Source of the DNA: Candidatus Omnitrophota bacterium
GTDB lineage: Bacteria; Omnitrophota; Gorgyraeia; 1-14-0-20-64-10
Reading direction: 5' to 3'
NCBI GenBank assembly: GCA_023248155.1
Contig: JAHFFE010000001.1
Location: forward strand, 20,873-84,872
Length of the DNA stretch: 64,000 nucleotides
Below the pieces are notes generated by a model that saw only the letters and a program-made list of their open reading frames with translations, had not been told where the DNA came from and searched no databases. A program made the position numbers and the translations under genes. Positions 63,337 through 64,000 of the stretch are shown one piece after another. Numbering within the stretch: position 1 is the stretch's first letter; each line of letters begins with the position of its first letter.

Positions 63337-63834
63337 TTATGCTTTCGGAGCCAGTGTCATATAAATGAACCGGCCTTCTTGCATCGGCGCCCGTTCGACC
63401 TGGGCGACTTCCGCAATTTCCTGTTGTAATCGATTCATCAGGCGCATCCCGAACTCCTGGTGCGCCATTTCCCGTCCGCGAAACATCAGCGTGACTTTCA
63501 CTTTGTTTCCCTGCTTCAAAAACCGGCCGAGCGACCGGAACTTGGTTTGATAATCATGCTCGTCGATGCGCGGACGAAACCGCAATTCCTTTAACTGGGA
63601 TTGCCGCTGATGATGCCGGTTCTCGCGCTCCTGCTTCGCGCGGGTATACATGAATTTCGAAAAATCCATGATGCGGCACACCGGCGGATTGGCCTGCGGG
63701 GCCACTTCCACCAAATCCAAACCTGCCTCCTGCGCCTGTTTGAGCGCGTCAGCAATCTGCACTACTCCAAGCTGTGCTCCTTCTGCGCCAACCAGACGTA
63801 CTTCCCGAACGCGAATCCGTTCGTTTGTGCGCAC
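63337..63834 (-). CDS. infC: Translation initiation factor IF-3
   Basis: IRVREVRLVGAEGAQLGVV, N- and C-terminal IF3 domains, and an apparent GTG (non-ATG) start as is usual for infC. Confidence 0.85.
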   Translation of the reverse strand: MRTNERIRVREVRLVGAEGAQLGVVQIADALKQAQEAGLDLVEVAPQANPPVCRIMDFSKFMYTRAKQERENRHHQRQSQLKELRFRPRIDEHDYQTKFRSLGRFLKQGNKVKVTLMFRGREMAHQEFGMRLMNRLQQEIAEVAQVERAPMQEGRFIYMTLAPKA

Positions 63835-63895
63835 ATCGCTTTCACGCGATGCGCTGCCCGCAGTATATTTTCCCAGCGTATTGTTCCTCCCTAAT

Positions 63896-64000
63896 TTATT
63901 GTTTGTTCTCGATCTCTCGCGTCAGCCGTTCGATGAATTCCTCAACGGTTACTGCGCCCAGATCGCCTTCCTTGCGCGCGCGTACAGCCACTTTTCCGGC
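63896..64000 (-). CDS. thrS: Threonine--tRNA ligase, C-terminal end; 5' part off the window
   Basis: Minus-strand frame reads ...AGKVAVRARKEGDLGAVTVEEFIERLTREIENKQ, ending at a stop at 63896-63898. It sits in the conserved position before infC-rpmI-rplT-pheST. Confidence 0.5.
   Translation of the reverse strand, partial: AGKVAVRARKEGDLGAVTVEEFIERLTREIENKQ

Noticed and set aside
1-64000. CRISPR arrays, insertion sequences, integrases or prophage blocks
   Set aside because: No direct-repeat/spacer periodicity, transposase or recombinase-like ORFs, or tRNA-adjacent integrase were found. The only tRNA (Gln) is in a housekeeping context.

Overview
This is a 64-kb, high-GC stretch of chromosome from a Gram-negative-type bacterium. 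It is densely coded and most genes are on the minus strand. Calls rest on protein motifs I can read in the ORF track or re-translated myself; no database searches were run.

Broadly core blocks:
- gltX followed by tRNA-Gln(CUG), then xseB, xseA, radC, a YmdB-like phosphoesterase and 5-formyl-THF cyclo-ligase.
- A sulfur-assimilation and siroheme/tetrapyrrole supercluster: cymR-like Rrf2 regulator, cysK, hemL, a siroheme-type sulfite/nitrite reductase, hemB, fused cobA/hemD, hemC, a JAMM protease, a NitT/TauT-type ABC pair and cysH.
- rarA, then pheT, pheS, rplT, rpmI, infC and a thrS tail.
- pyruvate kinase, an exbB-exbD-tonB operon, tag, bacterioferritin, a BepA-like M48 peptidase and hemW.

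More accessory or unusual content:
1. A DUF1573 / rhodanese / MauE-DoxX operon.
2. An ECF sigma, anti-sigma and CpxP-like module, next to a tandem pair of paralogous lipoproteins.
3. An extracytoplasmic flavinylation module: outer-membrane barrel, an FMN-binding protein with an SGAT motif, ApbE, and a His-rich membrane protein.
4. An OmpR-type two-component system whose histidine kinase carries an in-frame TAA. Two paralogous periplasmic proteins lie downstream.
5. Two paralogous Cys-rich metallothionein-like ORFs under 60 aa that are not in the ORF track. A ZIP transporter, a secreted MsrB and bacterioferritin lie in the same part of the window.
6. Three oxygen-dependent di-iron or Rieske enzymes: a soluble acyl-ACP desaturase, an AOX-like oxidase and a Rieske oxygenase.
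7. A four-gene cluster whose core is a radical-SAM enzyme with an N-terminal Cys-rich extension and an Lgt-family transferase, flanked by two uncharacterised membrane proteins. One of these lies in an AT-rich segment. I rank this the best candidate for an undescribed system.
8. Several strongly ribosome-site-preceded micro-ORFs: two poly-Lys/Arg peptides, a small lipoprotein with an HHHHY tail, and a DUF3096-like ORF.

No CRISPR arrays, transposases or integrases were seen.
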